Positions 27,101 through 35,928 are shown, counted from the stretch's first letter. The stretch is DNA of 51,350 nucleotides from a virus (IMGVR_UViG_3300024308_000033:1-51350); one strand, 5' to 3'. The notes: generated by a model from the sequence alone, not told the origin. A program made the numbers and translations.

Positions 27101-27307
27101 GTGATGCGCCACAAGACTCAATTTGACGGCTGGTCCTCGGCAATGGAGCCGAGCTTTGTCACCTCTCCAACGCGTGTCGAGTACGTGTCATATGCGCAGA
27201 AGCAGCGCGACGCCGCCGAGCTTCACGACTTGGTGAAATCCCATATCGCACGTGGCGGCGCCTATGTGGTGCTGCCGTCGCACGCTGCTGCACAGGTGTC
27301 CGCATGA
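27101..27307 (+). CDS. Hypothetical early protein
   Basis: 68-aa ORF with GGGAG SD in the early operon. Confidence 0.55.
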   Translation: MMRHKTQFDGWSSAMEPSFVTSPTRVEYVSYAQKQRDAAELHDLVKSHIARGGAYVVLPSHAAAQVSA

Positions 27308-27354
27308 ACCTGTCCCCAGCTGCAACCAATCCGCACATTTCTACACAGTTCTAC

Positions 27355-27452
27355 TTGACTTCCCCAAGGACGGGGAGCAGGATTTGCCGCAAGGAGCGTA
27401 GAAACTCCGAGTCAACAGCGGTATCCGCGCCCGTCAGCATCGCGGTTTTTTT
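27355..27452 (+). promoter_or_regulatory. Promoter, a1/b1 target boxes and attenuator-like hairpin of a c4-type locus
   Basis: TTGACT-N17-CAGGAT (27355-27383); CGTAGAAAC (27397-27405); GTCAACAG (27411-27418); hairpin CCGCG...CGCGG followed by T7 (27425-27452). Confidence 0.65.
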
Positions 27453-27487
27453 GCGCCTGCTTTTCGTGCGCACCGACGCTTTCCTGC

Positions 27488-27567
27488 GTCGGGAGGGCGG
27501 CAGCTATACAACACCCGCAAGGGGAAAACTGCCCGCCGGACTGTTGACCGGTTTCTACCCTCCCGAC
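27488..27567 (+). ncRNA. c4-like antisense RNA (P1 c4 / P4 CI type)
   Basis: Closing stem GTCGGGAGGG/CCCTCCCGAC and an internal CCC-GCAA-GGG GNRA hairpin. Contains CTGTTGAC (27541-48) and GTTTCTAC (27551-58), complementary to boxes present both upstream and downstream. Confidence 0.8.
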
Positions 27568-27633
27568 ACCCTCGGTGCGTCGCGTAGAAACGTCTCGCCG
27601 AGGTTTCCAATCTCGTCAACAGGAGACGTCTCC

Positions 27634-27876
27634 GTGCCTCACGGTGCCCCTTCCACGCCCGGCAACCCTGCTGCGCGTCAGCTTGCCCTCGCCTTCGGCC
27701 TGATCGCCGACACCCTCGAATGGCCCCACGATGCGTATCAGGCGTTCATTACCCGCCTGCTCGCCGTCGGTGTGTGCCCGCTCGCAGTCACCCTGGGCGA
27801 CGTGCTTGCCGCCTACAACGCCACCTGTGACGCCAACGGCCACGCGCCGGGCACCGACGACAAGGCGGTGCACTGA
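27634..27876 (+). CDS. Small protein probably under c4-type antisense control
   Basis: GTG at 27634 with SD AGGAG overlapping the b2 box (GTCAACAG 27615-22); stop coupled to the next ATG. Confidence 0.65.
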   Translation: MPHGAPSTPGNPAARQLALAFGLIADTLEWPHDAYQAFITRLLAVGVCPLAVTLGDVLAAYNATCDANGHAPGTDDKAVH

Positions 27877-28184
27877 TGGCGCCCCCTTCCAACGTCACCA
27901 TTCCAGAGCCTTGCCTGCACCCGGTCATCCTGCTGGAAACGCAGATCCCCGGCTTCGGCCTGCGCGCGTCCTTCGACCAGCACAAGATTCTGTTTCTGGC
28001 CTTGGTACACATCGAGTCGGACACCGCAGCGACGTTCACCGCGCATCACTCACGCAATGTGCTGCGGACTGCTACCGGGGGAATCCAGATCGGAACCGTC
28101 GTCTACCTGCTCGCCAAGGGTGAGGCCGAGCGCTTCTTCCAGTGGCTGCGCACAGGCGAGAGCTACCCCGGCGGGGTGAACTGA
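27876..28184 (+). CDS. Hypothetical early protein
   Basis: 102-aa ORF with TGATG coupling on both sides. Confidence 0.7.
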   Translation: MAPPSNVTIPEPCLHPVILLETQIPGFGLRASFDQHKILFLALVHIESDTAATFTAHHSRNVLRTATGGIQIGTVVYLLAKGEAERFFQWLRTGESYPGGVN

Positions 28185-28429
28185 TGGCCAGCAACAACGG
28201 GCATACGCCTGCGCTGCCCGGTCCAGTGGATCGCGGCGACCAGGTCATCAGCCTTGCCGACTATCTGCGCCTGTGCCGAATCGCAGCTGCAGCCGAGCTG
28301 CTGGCCAAGCTGCCCAGCGAGGCCGCAAAGATGCTTGAAATCGAAGCCGATCACACCTCTGCCGTAGCGAAGTACATGGCCGAAGACCTCGCCGCGATTC
28401 TCGGCCGGTCCCGCCCCGCAGTCGAGTAA
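28184..28429 (+). CDS. Hypothetical early protein
   Basis: MASNNGHTP..., 81 aa, translationally coupled to the upstream ORF. Confidence 0.7.
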   Translation: MASNNGHTPALPGPVDRGDQVISLADYLRLCRIAAAAELLAKLPSEAAKMLEIEADHTSAVAKYMAEDLAAILGRSRPAVE

Positions 28430-28474
28430 CACCCCACCCCCGTCCCGGCAGCGCGCCAACGCGGCCGGGATTGG

Positions 28475-28495
28475 TCAGGAGAGAACCATGCAACA
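28475..28495 (+). repeat. 21-bp direct repeat, copy 1 (TCAGGAGAGAACCATGCAACA)
   Basis: Exact copy at 31302-31322. Contains SD and ATG; here it opens a 14-codon ORF (28488-28532) just before the primase. Confidence 0.85.
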
Positions 28496-28538
28496 CCACC
28501 GCACCGCCGCGCACGCGGCGAACGAAGGCTGAGCCGCC

Positions 28539-31229
28539 ATGCAAGAAGAGATCCGCCAACAGGTACTGACGCGCGTCCAGCGCGACTATGGCCTCAAGCA
28601 CCGCAGCGGCGCCCCGTACATGCGCGGGGGCAAGTGCCCCCACTGCGGCAAGAAGGAGCTATACACCAGCTACCAGAAGCCTTGGGTTCTGCGCTGCGGC
28701 CGACAGGCCAAGTGCGGCCAAGAGGTGCGCGTGCGCGACCTCTACGACGACCTGTTCGACGACTACTCCAAGACCAACCCACAGACGCCGCAGGCGCCGC
28801 ATGCCGCAGCCGACGCGTACCTGGCCACCGCCCGCGGATTCAGCGTCAAGCCGTTGAAGGGTCTCTACACCCAAGAGGACTACTACGACCGCGCGAAGCG
28901 CCAGGGCACGGCCACTGTCCGCTTCCCGCTGGTGAAAGGAGGCTGGTGGGAACGTCTGATCGACCGGCCCCACCGGTTCGGCAAGATGAAGGCCCGGTTT
29001 GCGCCGGGCGAGAGCTACGCTGGGGTATGGTGGGGCGCGGCCGCTCAGGACCAACTGCGCACCTCCCGCGAAGTCTGGATCGTGGAGGGCATCTTCGACG
29101 CCATTGCTCTCCTGCAGCGCGGCATCTGCGCCGTTGCGGCCATGTCGAGCAACGCCTATCCCGAGCAATCCCTCAAGGAACTGAAAGCCGCGCGACCGGG
29201 CGATCTGCCGGTGCTGGTGTGGGGATTGGACAACGAGCCGGGCGCCCGCGCCTACACCATCAAGCACGCGCGCCGGGCGGAGAAGCTGGGCTATCGGTGC
29301 ATGGCTGCGCAGATCGAGCAGGTAGGCGACAAGAAAACCGACTGGAACGATCTGCTCTTGCGCGCACAGGCGGCAGAGGACGGCGACGCACAGTGGCAGG
29401 CTGACCTCGACCTGGCACGCCACAATGGCGCCGTGCTGATGGCGCGCACGGCCGTGGATAAGGGGCTGGTCATCTATCAGCGCGAGCAGAAGACCGAGTT
29501 CCACATCGAGTTCGCCTCGCGCCTGTTCTGGTTCGAGTTCGACGCGGTGCGCTTCGACAAGATGATGCGGGAAAAGAACCCCGATGACGAAGAGGGAGCG
29601 GTCAGCGAAGAGACCGAAGCCAAGATCCGGCGCGCCTGTGCTTCGGTGCAGCAGATCGCCAACTGCTACCCCGAAGCCCTCTACTTCCAACGCCACGAAG
29701 CTACCGACGAAAGCTGGTACTACTTCCGTGTTGACTTCCCCCACGACGCACCGTCGGTCAAAGGCACCTTCACCGGCGCTCAGGTGGCCAGCGCTACCGA
29801 GTTCAAGAAGCGAATCATCAGCCTTGCGCAGGGCGCCGTGTTCAGCGGCAGCGGCCAGCAGCTGGACCGGATGATGGAAGACCAGCTGTTCAACATCAAA
29901 AAGGTCGATACGGTCGATTTCGTCGGCTACAGCCCTGACCACAAGGCGTACATCTTCCCCGACCTGGCCGTGCGTGCCGGCGAGGTGACCCTCGCTAATG
30001 CCGAGGACTATTTCGAGTTCAACAAGCTGCGCATCAAAACCACACAGCGGTCGATCCGGATGGACATTCAGCGTGACCACGAGCAGTACACCAGCCAGTG
30101 GCTTGAATGGCTATGGATGTGCTTCGGCACGCATGGGGTTGTGGCCCTGACGTTCTGGTTTGGCTCGCTGTTCGCGAACCAGATCCGCAGCGCGCACAAG
30201 TCCTTCCCATTCTTGGAGGCTACGGGCGAGGCCGGCGCCGGCAAGACCACACTGCTCAACTTCCTGTGGAAGCTGCTGGCCCGCGCCGACCATGAGGGCT
30301 TCGACCCTGCCAAGTCGACCAAGGCCGGCCGCGCTCGCGCCATGGGCCAGATTTCCGGCATGCCCATCGTGCTGCTGGAAGCCGACCGCAGTGATAGCAA
30401 CGACAAGGCACACGCCAAATCGTTCGAGTGGGACGAACTGAAGGACTACTACGGCGGCGGCACCCTGGCCACACGCGGCGTGCGCAACGGCGGCAACGAA
30501 ACCTACGAACCGCCGTTCCAAGGAACCATCGTCATCAGCCAGAATGCGCCCGTTGATGGCAGCGAAGCCATCCTGACGCGCATCGTGAAGCTGCATTTCA
30601 AGAAGCCGACCGCGACGACCGAGAGCCGGCAGGCCGCCGACAACCTCAATGCATTGCCGGTCGAGAAGCTGAGCTACTTCCTGCTGGCCGCGCTCAAAGC
30701 GGAAACCGCAGTGATGGAGAAGTTCGCCGAGCGCGTGCGCTTCTACGAAGCCAGGTTGCGCGAGGAAAAGGAGCTGCGTGTCGAGCGCATCATCAAGAAC
30801 CATGCCCAGATGCTCGCACTTCTTGATGCACTGCGGCTGGTGGTGAACCTGCCGGAGCACATGGTGCGCGACACGCGGGACGCCTTGGTCAAGATGGCTA
30901 CCGAACGCCAGGATGCCATCGGCGCTGACCACCGCATCGTCTCCGAGTTCTGGGATGCGTTCGAGTACATCGAGATGCAGGCCACTGGCGACAAGCGCAG
31001 CGTGCTGAACCATTCGCGCGAAGAAAGCCGTATCGCCATCAACCTCAACGAGTTCATTCAGAAGGCCGGCTACTTCGGTCAGCAGGTGCCCGACATTGGC
31101 GACCTGCGACGGCTGCTGGTCGAGTCGAAGCGCCACAAGTTCATCAGCGCCAATACAGCCGTGAACAGCGCGATCCGTTCCACCCAAACGACCAGCACAA
31201 CCGTGAAGTGCTGGGTGTTCCAGAAGTAA
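28539..31229 (+). CDS. Replication protein: zinc finger + TOPRIM primase + P-loop helicase
   Basis: CPHC...CGRQAKC zinc motif; TOPRIM VEGIFDA/GLDNE/DWND; Walker A GEAGAGKT. Confidence 0.9.
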   Translation: MQEEIRQQVLTRVQRDYGLKHRSGAPYMRGGKCPHCGKKELYTSYQKPWVLRCGRQAKCGQEVRVRDLYDDLFDDYSKTNPQTPQAPHAAADAYLATARGFSVKPLKGLYTQEDYYDRAKRQGTATVRFPLVKGGWWERLIDRPHRFGKMKARFAPGESYAGVWWGAAAQDQLRTSREVWIVEGIFDAIALLQRGICAVAAMSSNAYPEQSLKELKAARPGDLPVLVWGLDNEPGARAYTIKHARRAEKLGYRCMAAQIEQVGDKKTDWNDLLLRAQAAEDGDAQWQADLDLARHNGAVLMARTAVDKGLVIYQREQKTEFHIEFASRLFWFEFDAVRFDKMMREKNPDDEEGAVSEETEAKIRRACASVQQIANCYPEALYFQRHEATDESWYYFRVDFPHDAPSVKGTFTGAQVASATEFKKRIISLAQGAVFSGSGQQLDRMMEDQLFNIKKVDTVDFVGYSPDHKAYIFPDLAVRAGEVTLANAEDYFEFNKLRIKTTQRSIRMDIQRDHEQYTSQWLEWLWMCFGTHGVVALTFWFGSLFANQIRSAHKSFPFLEATGEAGAGKTTLLNFLWKLLARADHEGFDPAKSTKAGRARAMGQISGMPIVLLEADRSDSNDKAHAKSFEWDELKDYYGGGTLATRGVRNGGNETYEPPFQGTIVISQNAPVDGSEAILTRIVKLHFKKPTATTESRQAADNLNALPVEKLSYFLLAALKAETAVMEKFAERVRFYEARLREEKELRVERIIKNHAQMLALLDALRLVVNLPEHMVRDTRDALVKMATERQDAIGADHRIVSEFWDAFEYIEMQATGDKRSVLNHSREESRIAINLNEFIQKAGYFGQQVPDIGDLRRLLVESKRHKFISANTAVNSAIRSTQTTSTTVKCWVFQK

Positions 31230-31301
31230 GACCCGCAGCAACAGCAAAGGCCCGGCGGGGAGTGCGCCAACACCGCCCCCAAGGCCATCCACCAACGAAG
31301 T

Positions 31302-31322
31302 TCAGGAGAGAACCATGCAACA
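31302..31322 (+). repeat. 21-bp direct repeat, copy 2
   Basis: Identical to 28475-28495; provides the RBS and start for ORF 31315. Confidence 0.85.
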
Positions 31323-31740
31323 GATGACAGGCAAAGCCATGACCACCCTCGCAAAGTCGCTGGATTCCAGCACCGGACCCGGAGCGGAGGCTATCACGGG
31401 TGTGCGTAACCGTGTGAATGCTGGTAACTGCGGCGAATCCGAAGCCAGCGCAACCATCACCCTGCACGTCACCCACAACCGCGTGATCGCCACGGCGATG
31501 CTGAACATGGGATCGGCCAAGATCGCGCAGTGCGTGTTCGAGCGCCGGAAAGGGAGCAGGAAGGGTTGGGAGCTGGTGAAGGGGACCGACTTCAACGACG
31601 AAACCAGCTGGATCTCGCCGGAGCTTGCCGACCTGGCCAGCCGCCTGCCTTTCCCCTACGAGGTGGCCAACATGCTGCCCGGCAAGCGGGCCACGGCCGC
31701 TGCCGTGGCACAGGCCGCGCAGGAGGTGGCCAATGGCTGA
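31315..31740 (+). CDS. Hypothetical protein
   Basis: 141-aa ORF with AGGAG SD; first of a chain of overlapping ORFs. Confidence 0.7.
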   Translation: MQQMTGKAMTTLAKSLDSSTGPGAEAITGVRNRVNAGNCGESEASATITLHVTHNRVIATAMLNMGSAKIAQCVFERRKGSRKGWELVKGTDFNDETSWISPELADLASRLPFPYEVANMLPGKRATAAAVAQAAQEVANG

Positions 31741-31918
31741 TTTCGTCGCCCTGCTGGCCATGTGCGTGCTGCTGCCGGTCGCCGGCGCCACCCTGCTCAA
31801 GATGTGGCAGACGCGCCCGCCTCGGCGTCGTCATAGCGGCTTGGCCGTGGGCCAGATCCCGCAGCCGCTCCGCCGGCGCGCTCCCATGGCCGTGCGCCGG
31901 GGGGTGGCCCATGCTTGA
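31733..31918 (+). CDS. Small membrane-anchored basic protein
   Basis: MADFVALLAMCVLLPVAGATLL then an Arg-rich tail; GGAGG SD. Confidence 0.65.
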   Translation: MADFVALLAMCVLLPVAGATLLKMWQTRPPRRRHSGLAVGQIPQPLRRRAPMAVRRGVAHA

Positions 31919-32123
31919 GCTGATGATCCGCGACCCCGGCAGGCACTGCCCGGACTGTGGCCAGACCGGCGTCCTCGACTTCACGAACGTTCCGGCATCG
32001 GTGCGGACGTACACCCGTGAGGACGGCAACTATTCGGACCACAACGGTCCCTCTCGCGACTACGAGTGCCGTGACTGCGGTGCTTCATTCACCCTCACCG
32101 GTTGGGAGGATTCCCGTGGTTGA
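31911..32123 (+). CDS. Small zinc-ribbon protein
   Basis: CPDC...CRDC motifs; overlaps both neighbours by 8 nt. Confidence 0.65.
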   Translation: MLELMIRDPGRHCPDCGQTGVLDFTNVPASVRTYTREDGNYSDHNGPSRDYECRDCGASFTLTGWEDSRG

Positions 32124-32307
32124 TATCGACACCGCCCGCCGGTTCCTCGCCGCTGAGTTCGAGAGCGCCGGCCTGCCTCACGTCGCCGGCGGCATCCTGG
32201 CGGGCACCAGCCCCTTTGGCCAGGGCACGTACATCGCCGCCGTTGCGGCCGCGCTGGCAACGCCCTGTGCGGCCTGTGGCTGCGCGAAGGAGGCCACCCA
32301 TGGGTAA
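32116..32307 (+). CDS. Hypothetical protein
   Basis: GTG start with GGAGG SD; VDIDTARRFLAAEFE... Confidence 0.6.
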   Translation: MVDIDTARRFLAAEFESAGLPHVAGGILAGTSPFGQGTYIAAVAAALATPCAACGCAKEATHG

Positions 32308-33088
32308 GCGCCAGATGATTGCGGTGTGGTTCTCCTGCGGCGCCGCGAGCGCCGTGGCGGCAAAGCTGACGCTGGACCGCTACGCCTCGACCCATGAGGT
32401 CCGCATCGTGAACAACCCCGTGGCCAATGAAGATCCCGACAACCTGCGCTTTGCCCGCGATGTGGCGGCATGGCTGGGGGTGGAGGTAGAGACGGCCATC
32501 AATTCCAAATTCCCCACCTGCGACGCCGTGGATGTGTGGGAGAAGGAGCGGTACATGGCCGGTGTCGCTGGCGCCCCCTGCACCCGCGCACTCAAGAAGC
32601 GGGCACGCCAGGAATGGGAGCTGATCCACAAGCCTGACTTCCACGTCCTCGGCTTCACTGTGGAAGAGCGCGCACGCCATGACCGGTTCGTTCGCGGCGA
32701 GCGCGAGAACGTGCTGCCAGTGCTGATCGAAGCGGGCTTGAGCAAGCCCGACTGCGCCGCTTTGCTGCTGTCCGCCGGCATTGCATTGCCGGCCATCTAT
32801 CTGCGCGGCTACCCCAATGCAAACTGCATCGGCTGTGTGAAGTCGCAGTCGCCGACCTACTGGAGCCACGTGCGCCAGCACGACCCGCAGGTGTTCGCCG
32901 AGCGTGCTGAGCAGTCGCGCCGGCTGGGCGCTCGGCTGGTCAAGGTGAAGGGCCAGCGGATCTTCCTCGACCAGCTGCAGACCACCGACAAGGGCGGCTC
33001 CATGAAGTCGCTGAACCTCGATTGCGGCATCTTCTGCGAAGAGCCGCCGCATCACATTGTTTCCAGCCGCAGGGAGGCTCAGGCATGA
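32300..33088 (+). CDS. PP-loop (PAPS-reductase-like/adenine nucleotide alpha-hydrolase) protein with Cys motifs
   Basis: N-terminal strand + WFSCGAASA loop; APCTRALK, LGFTVEERAR, GYPNANCIGCVK, DCGIFC. Confidence 0.7.
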   Translation: MGKRQMIAVWFSCGAASAVAAKLTLDRYASTHEVRIVNNPVANEDPDNLRFARDVAAWLGVEVETAINSKFPTCDAVDVWEKERYMAGVAGAPCTRALKKRARQEWELIHKPDFHVLGFTVEERARHDRFVRGERENVLPVLIEAGLSKPDCAALLLSAGIALPAIYLRGYPNANCIGCVKSQSPTYWSHVRQHDPQVFAERAEQSRRLGARLVKVKGQRIFLDQLQTTDKGGSMKSLNLDCGIFCEEPPHHIVSSRREAQA

Positions 33089-33999
33089 AGGTTGCCGACT
33101 TGTTCGCCGGCGCCGGCGGATTCACAGAGGGCGCAGAGCAGGCAGGATGCGAGGTGGTGTGGGCAGCCAACCATTGGCCAGCCGCCGTAGCAACGCACGC
33201 GGCGAACCACCCTCGCGCAAAGCACGTATGCCAAGACTTGCAGCAGGCCGATTGGACCCAGATGCCCTACTACGACCTCCTGCTGGCCTCGCCCGCGTGC
33301 CAAGGACACACCCCGGCGCGCGGCAAGGAACGTCCGCATCACGACGCCACTCGCTCAACTGCATGGGCCGTCGTTTCTGCGCTGGAGTGCAACTCGCCCG
33401 AGGCCGCGTTGGTGGAAAACGTACCCGCTTTCCTAAAGTGGAAGCTGTTCCCCGCCTGGTGTGCAGCGGTGCATGCCCTGGGCTATGCGATCAGTCCGCA
33501 CCTGGTGGACGCTGCCGACTTCGGTGTGCCGCAGCACCGCGTGCGCATCTTCATCGTGCTGACCAAGAGTAAGCACCCACTGGAACTGAAACTGCCGAAG
33601 ATGCCTCACGTCCCCGCCAGCAGCTTCATTGACTTCAACGCCGGCACATGGTCGCCGATTGAGCGCCCCGGCCGTGCTGCCGCCACTATCGCCCGTGTAC
33701 GCGCTGGACGTGCCGCTTTCGGCGAGCGGTTCGTGGCGCCCTACTTCGGCACCGGCTCTGGCCTGACCGGCAGGTCACTGGCTCGGCCCATCGGTACGAT
33801 CACCACGCGGGATCGTTGGGCCGTAATCGACGGAGACCGCATGCGTATGGTTTTGGTCGATGAAGCCAAGATCGCCATGGGCTTTCCCGAGCGCTACGTG
33901 CTGCCCTCGAACAAGAGGGACGGGATGCAGATGATGGGCAATGCGGTTTGCCCGCCCAAGGCTTGCCAGTTCATCCAAGCACTGAGGGCCGCCGCATGA
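33085..33999 (+). CDS. DNA (cytosine-5) methyltransferase
   Basis: DLFAGAGG (motif I), SPACQ (IV), ENV (VI), PQHRVRIF (VIII), GNAV (X). Confidence 0.92.
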   Translation: MKVADLFAGAGGFTEGAEQAGCEVVWAANHWPAAVATHAANHPRAKHVCQDLQQADWTQMPYYDLLLASPACQGHTPARGKERPHHDATRSTAWAVVSALECNSPEAALVENVPAFLKWKLFPAWCAAVHALGYAISPHLVDAADFGVPQHRVRIFIVLTKSKHPLELKLPKMPHVPASSFIDFNAGTWSPIERPGRAAATIARVRAGRAAFGERFVAPYFGTGSGLTGRSLARPIGTITTRDRWAVIDGDRMRMVLVDEAKIAMGFPERYVLPSNKRDGMQMMGNAVCPPKACQFIQALRAAA

Positions 34000-34268
34000 C
34001 GCAGCAACAGAAGACACCGTCGCGCGTCCTTCCAACCTGCCCGGTTGGCCACCCAGCCCGGTATATCCACGATCTACGGCGCGAAGCTGCGGGCGGTGGC
34101 CACCTCATCGAATGCCGTTGCAGCACCACCGCAAAGCACCCGTCGTTCGACCTGGCTTGGGCGCACTGGCACAAGCAACACGGGCTACAGCCGACCGCCG
34201 CGGCGGTGGAGGAACCCTTGCCGAGCAACGTGTTACAGATGAAATTGTTCGCCGCAGGGAGAGCTTGA
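33996..34268 (+). CDS. Hypothetical protein (Cys/His-containing)
   Basis: ATGA overlap with the methyltransferase stop; CPVGH...HLIECRC. Confidence 0.65.
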   Translation: MTQQQKTPSRVLPTCPVGHPARYIHDLRREAAGGGHLIECRCSTTAKHPSFDLAWAHWHKQHGLQPTAAAVEEPLPSNVLQMKLFAAGRA

Positions 34269-34270
34269 GC

Positions 34271-34489
34271 ATGGCGCAGATCCTGCACTTCACAGACCTG
34301 CAGCGGATCTGCGCTCCCGACGGCCCACCCCCAAGGGCCGTCACAGTCCGCCGCTGGGCAGACAGGGAAGGCATCCGTTACAAGTACGACCGCCAAGGCG
34401 GGATCTGGACGACCCTCGACGCGGTGAACGCGGCGCTGGGGTTGATCGATCCGCAGCACGAAGACGTAAGGGAAGAGGACAACATCTGA
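34271..34489 (+). CDS. Putative excisionase-like small DNA-binding protein
   Basis: 72 aa, winged-helix-like pattern, coupled to the integrase start. Function inferred from position. Confidence 0.55.
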   Translation: MAQILHFTDLQRICAPDGPPPRAVTVRRWADREGIRYKYDRQGGIWTTLDAVNAALGLIDPQHEDVREEDNI

Positions 34490-35676
34490 TGGCACGCGGC
34501 AGAAAGAGGAAGTTCAACCCCGACATTCCGGGGCACATCGAGCAGGACGCGCTGCCGCAAGGGATCTACTGGCACGACAACAGGTGGTACGTGCTTGAGG
34601 ATCACGCGGAGGGCGGCCGTCGCGTCAAGCGCACGGTCGCCCACGCGACTGCGCGATTGTCGGAGCTACATGCCATCGTGGAATCACTGGCCACCGGCCA
34701 GCAACGCGGGACAGTTCGCTATCTGTTCGATCGATTCCACGAATCCAGCGAGTTCAAGGAACTCTCACTGGACACCCAGGACGACTACAAGCGATACGCC
34801 GATAGCCTGGCCAACTACGTGCGCAAATGCGGAACCCCGTTTGGGCGCATGCAGGTGGACAGGATCACCACACCGGTGGTGCAGCGGCTGGTGGAGGTAT
34901 TCGCCAGGGGACGACCGGCCACTAAGACTCAGCCCGCACTGCCGGCGTTCCCCAGCAAAGCCAACCACCAGTTCCGCTACCTGCGCCGCACCTTGGCGTG
35001 GGGAGTCCGGCACGGCTACTGCAAGAGCAACCCAGCACAAGGCGTCAGACAGGCGAAGGAAGCACGCGAGCACAAGATGCCTACCCCAGATGCCTTCGCG
35101 AAGGTGCTTGCCTTCGCGCGTGAGCGTGGCGCCCTGCGCCCTCATACAAAGGGTAGCTGCCCGGCATACATCGCCCCGGCGATGGTGCTGGCCTTCAGTG
35201 CGCGCCTGCGCGGCATCGAGGTCTGCACCCTTACCGACGCCCACCGCCTGGACCATGGCGTACATGGCGAGCGGCGGAAGGGATCGCGCGCATCAGTCAC
35301 GGAATGGAACGAGGAGATGATCGAGGCATGGGAGGCGCTGGTCACTCGACGTAACGCGATCTGGAACCGCAAGGGTCGCAACTTCCCTGTGCCCATCAGG
35401 CCGGAGCAGCGCTTCCTCTTGGTGGAACAGACAGGCAACCCCATCGCCCGGTCTTCAATGTCCAGTGCCTGGCAACGCTTCATTCGCATGGCAATGAGCG
35501 AGGGAGTGATTGAGGAAGACGAGCGGTTCTCGATGCACGGTCTCAAGCACCGGGGCATTACCGACACCGAGGGCAACCGTGGCGACAAGCAGGACGCGGC
35601 CGGGCACAAATCACCGACCACGACGGGCCGCTACGATCACGATATGCCAATCGTGAAACCACCGCGCAAGCGCTGA
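34489..35676 (+). CDS. int: Tyrosine integrase of the P2-like prophage
   Basis: Catalytic pattern R (RLRGIE), HGLKH, GH, Y (GRYD); ends 70 bp from the att repeat. Confidence 0.9.
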   Translation: MARGRKRKFNPDIPGHIEQDALPQGIYWHDNRWYVLEDHAEGGRRVKRTVAHATARLSELHAIVESLATGQQRGTVRYLFDRFHESSEFKELSLDTQDDYKRYADSLANYVRKCGTPFGRMQVDRITTPVVQRLVEVFARGRPATKTQPALPAFPSKANHQFRYLRRTLAWGVRHGYCKSNPAQGVRQAKEAREHKMPTPDAFAKVLAFARERGALRPHTKGSCPAYIAPAMVLAFSARLRGIEVCTLTDAHRLDHGVHGERRKGSRASVTEWNEEMIEAWEALVTRRNAIWNRKGRNFPVPIRPEQRFLLVEQTGNPIARSSMSSAWQRFIRMAMSEGVIEEDERFSMHGLKHRGITDTEGNRGDKQDAAGHKSPTTTGRYDHDMPIVKPPRKR

Positions 35677-35677
35677 A

Positions 35678-35699
35678 TTTTCCCGGCAATTTTCCCGAC
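35678..35699 (+). repeat. Putative integrase arm-type sites (tandem TTTTCCCG)
   Basis: TTTTCCCGGCAAT-TTTCCCGAC matches the motifs at 531 and 584. Confidence 0.65.
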
Positions 35700-35704
35700 G
35701 GCAC

Positions 35705-35745
35705 AAAAAAGGCACTTGGGCAGCAGCCTAAGTGCCTGTTTTTTA
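35705..35745. terminator. Bidirectional intrinsic terminator
   Basis: A6-GGCACTTGGG...CCTAAGTGCC-TGT6; lies between the int stop and the tRNA-like 3' end. Confidence 0.8.
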
Positions 35746-35790
35746 TGGTGGGCCCACCAGGATTCGAACCTGAAACCAAGGGATTATGAG
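35746..35790 (-). repeat. Junction att core (tRNA-CAU 3' half) between the two prophages
   Basis: 44/45 identical to 443-487. The tRNA 5' half does not follow, so this is not an intact tRNA. Confidence 0.9.
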
Positions 35791-35928
35791 GCCTCTATAG
35801 GTCTTCCATGCGCTTCCACAGGCATCCCGGCTTTAAGCTAAGTCTTTGATTTTCTCAGGTTGTGCGACCACCTGCGCCCATCATCGTCCACCTCTTTCCA
35901 CGGACAAACGGTCACCGAGCGGTCACCA

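Larger units (their letters stand above)
443..35790. mobile_element. P2-like (Peduoviridae-type) myovirus prophage, apparently complete, ~35.3 kb
   Basis: Flanking tRNA-derived direct repeats, P2-type cos, Q-P-O-N-M-L-X head order, contractile tail genes, Ogr-like activator, repressor, primase/helicase and an integrase next to the right repeat. Confidence 0.95.

Noticed and set aside
27304-27633. 5' part of the 190-aa ORF 27304..27876 as protein-coding
   Set aside because: It spans the promoter, terminator and c4-like RNA, and a strong SD precedes GTG 27634. An Ash-like read-through product cannot be fully excluded.
2146-33999. Complete restriction-modification system
   Set aside because: Both methyltransferases lack a recognisable adjacent endonuclease and appear to be orphan enzymes.
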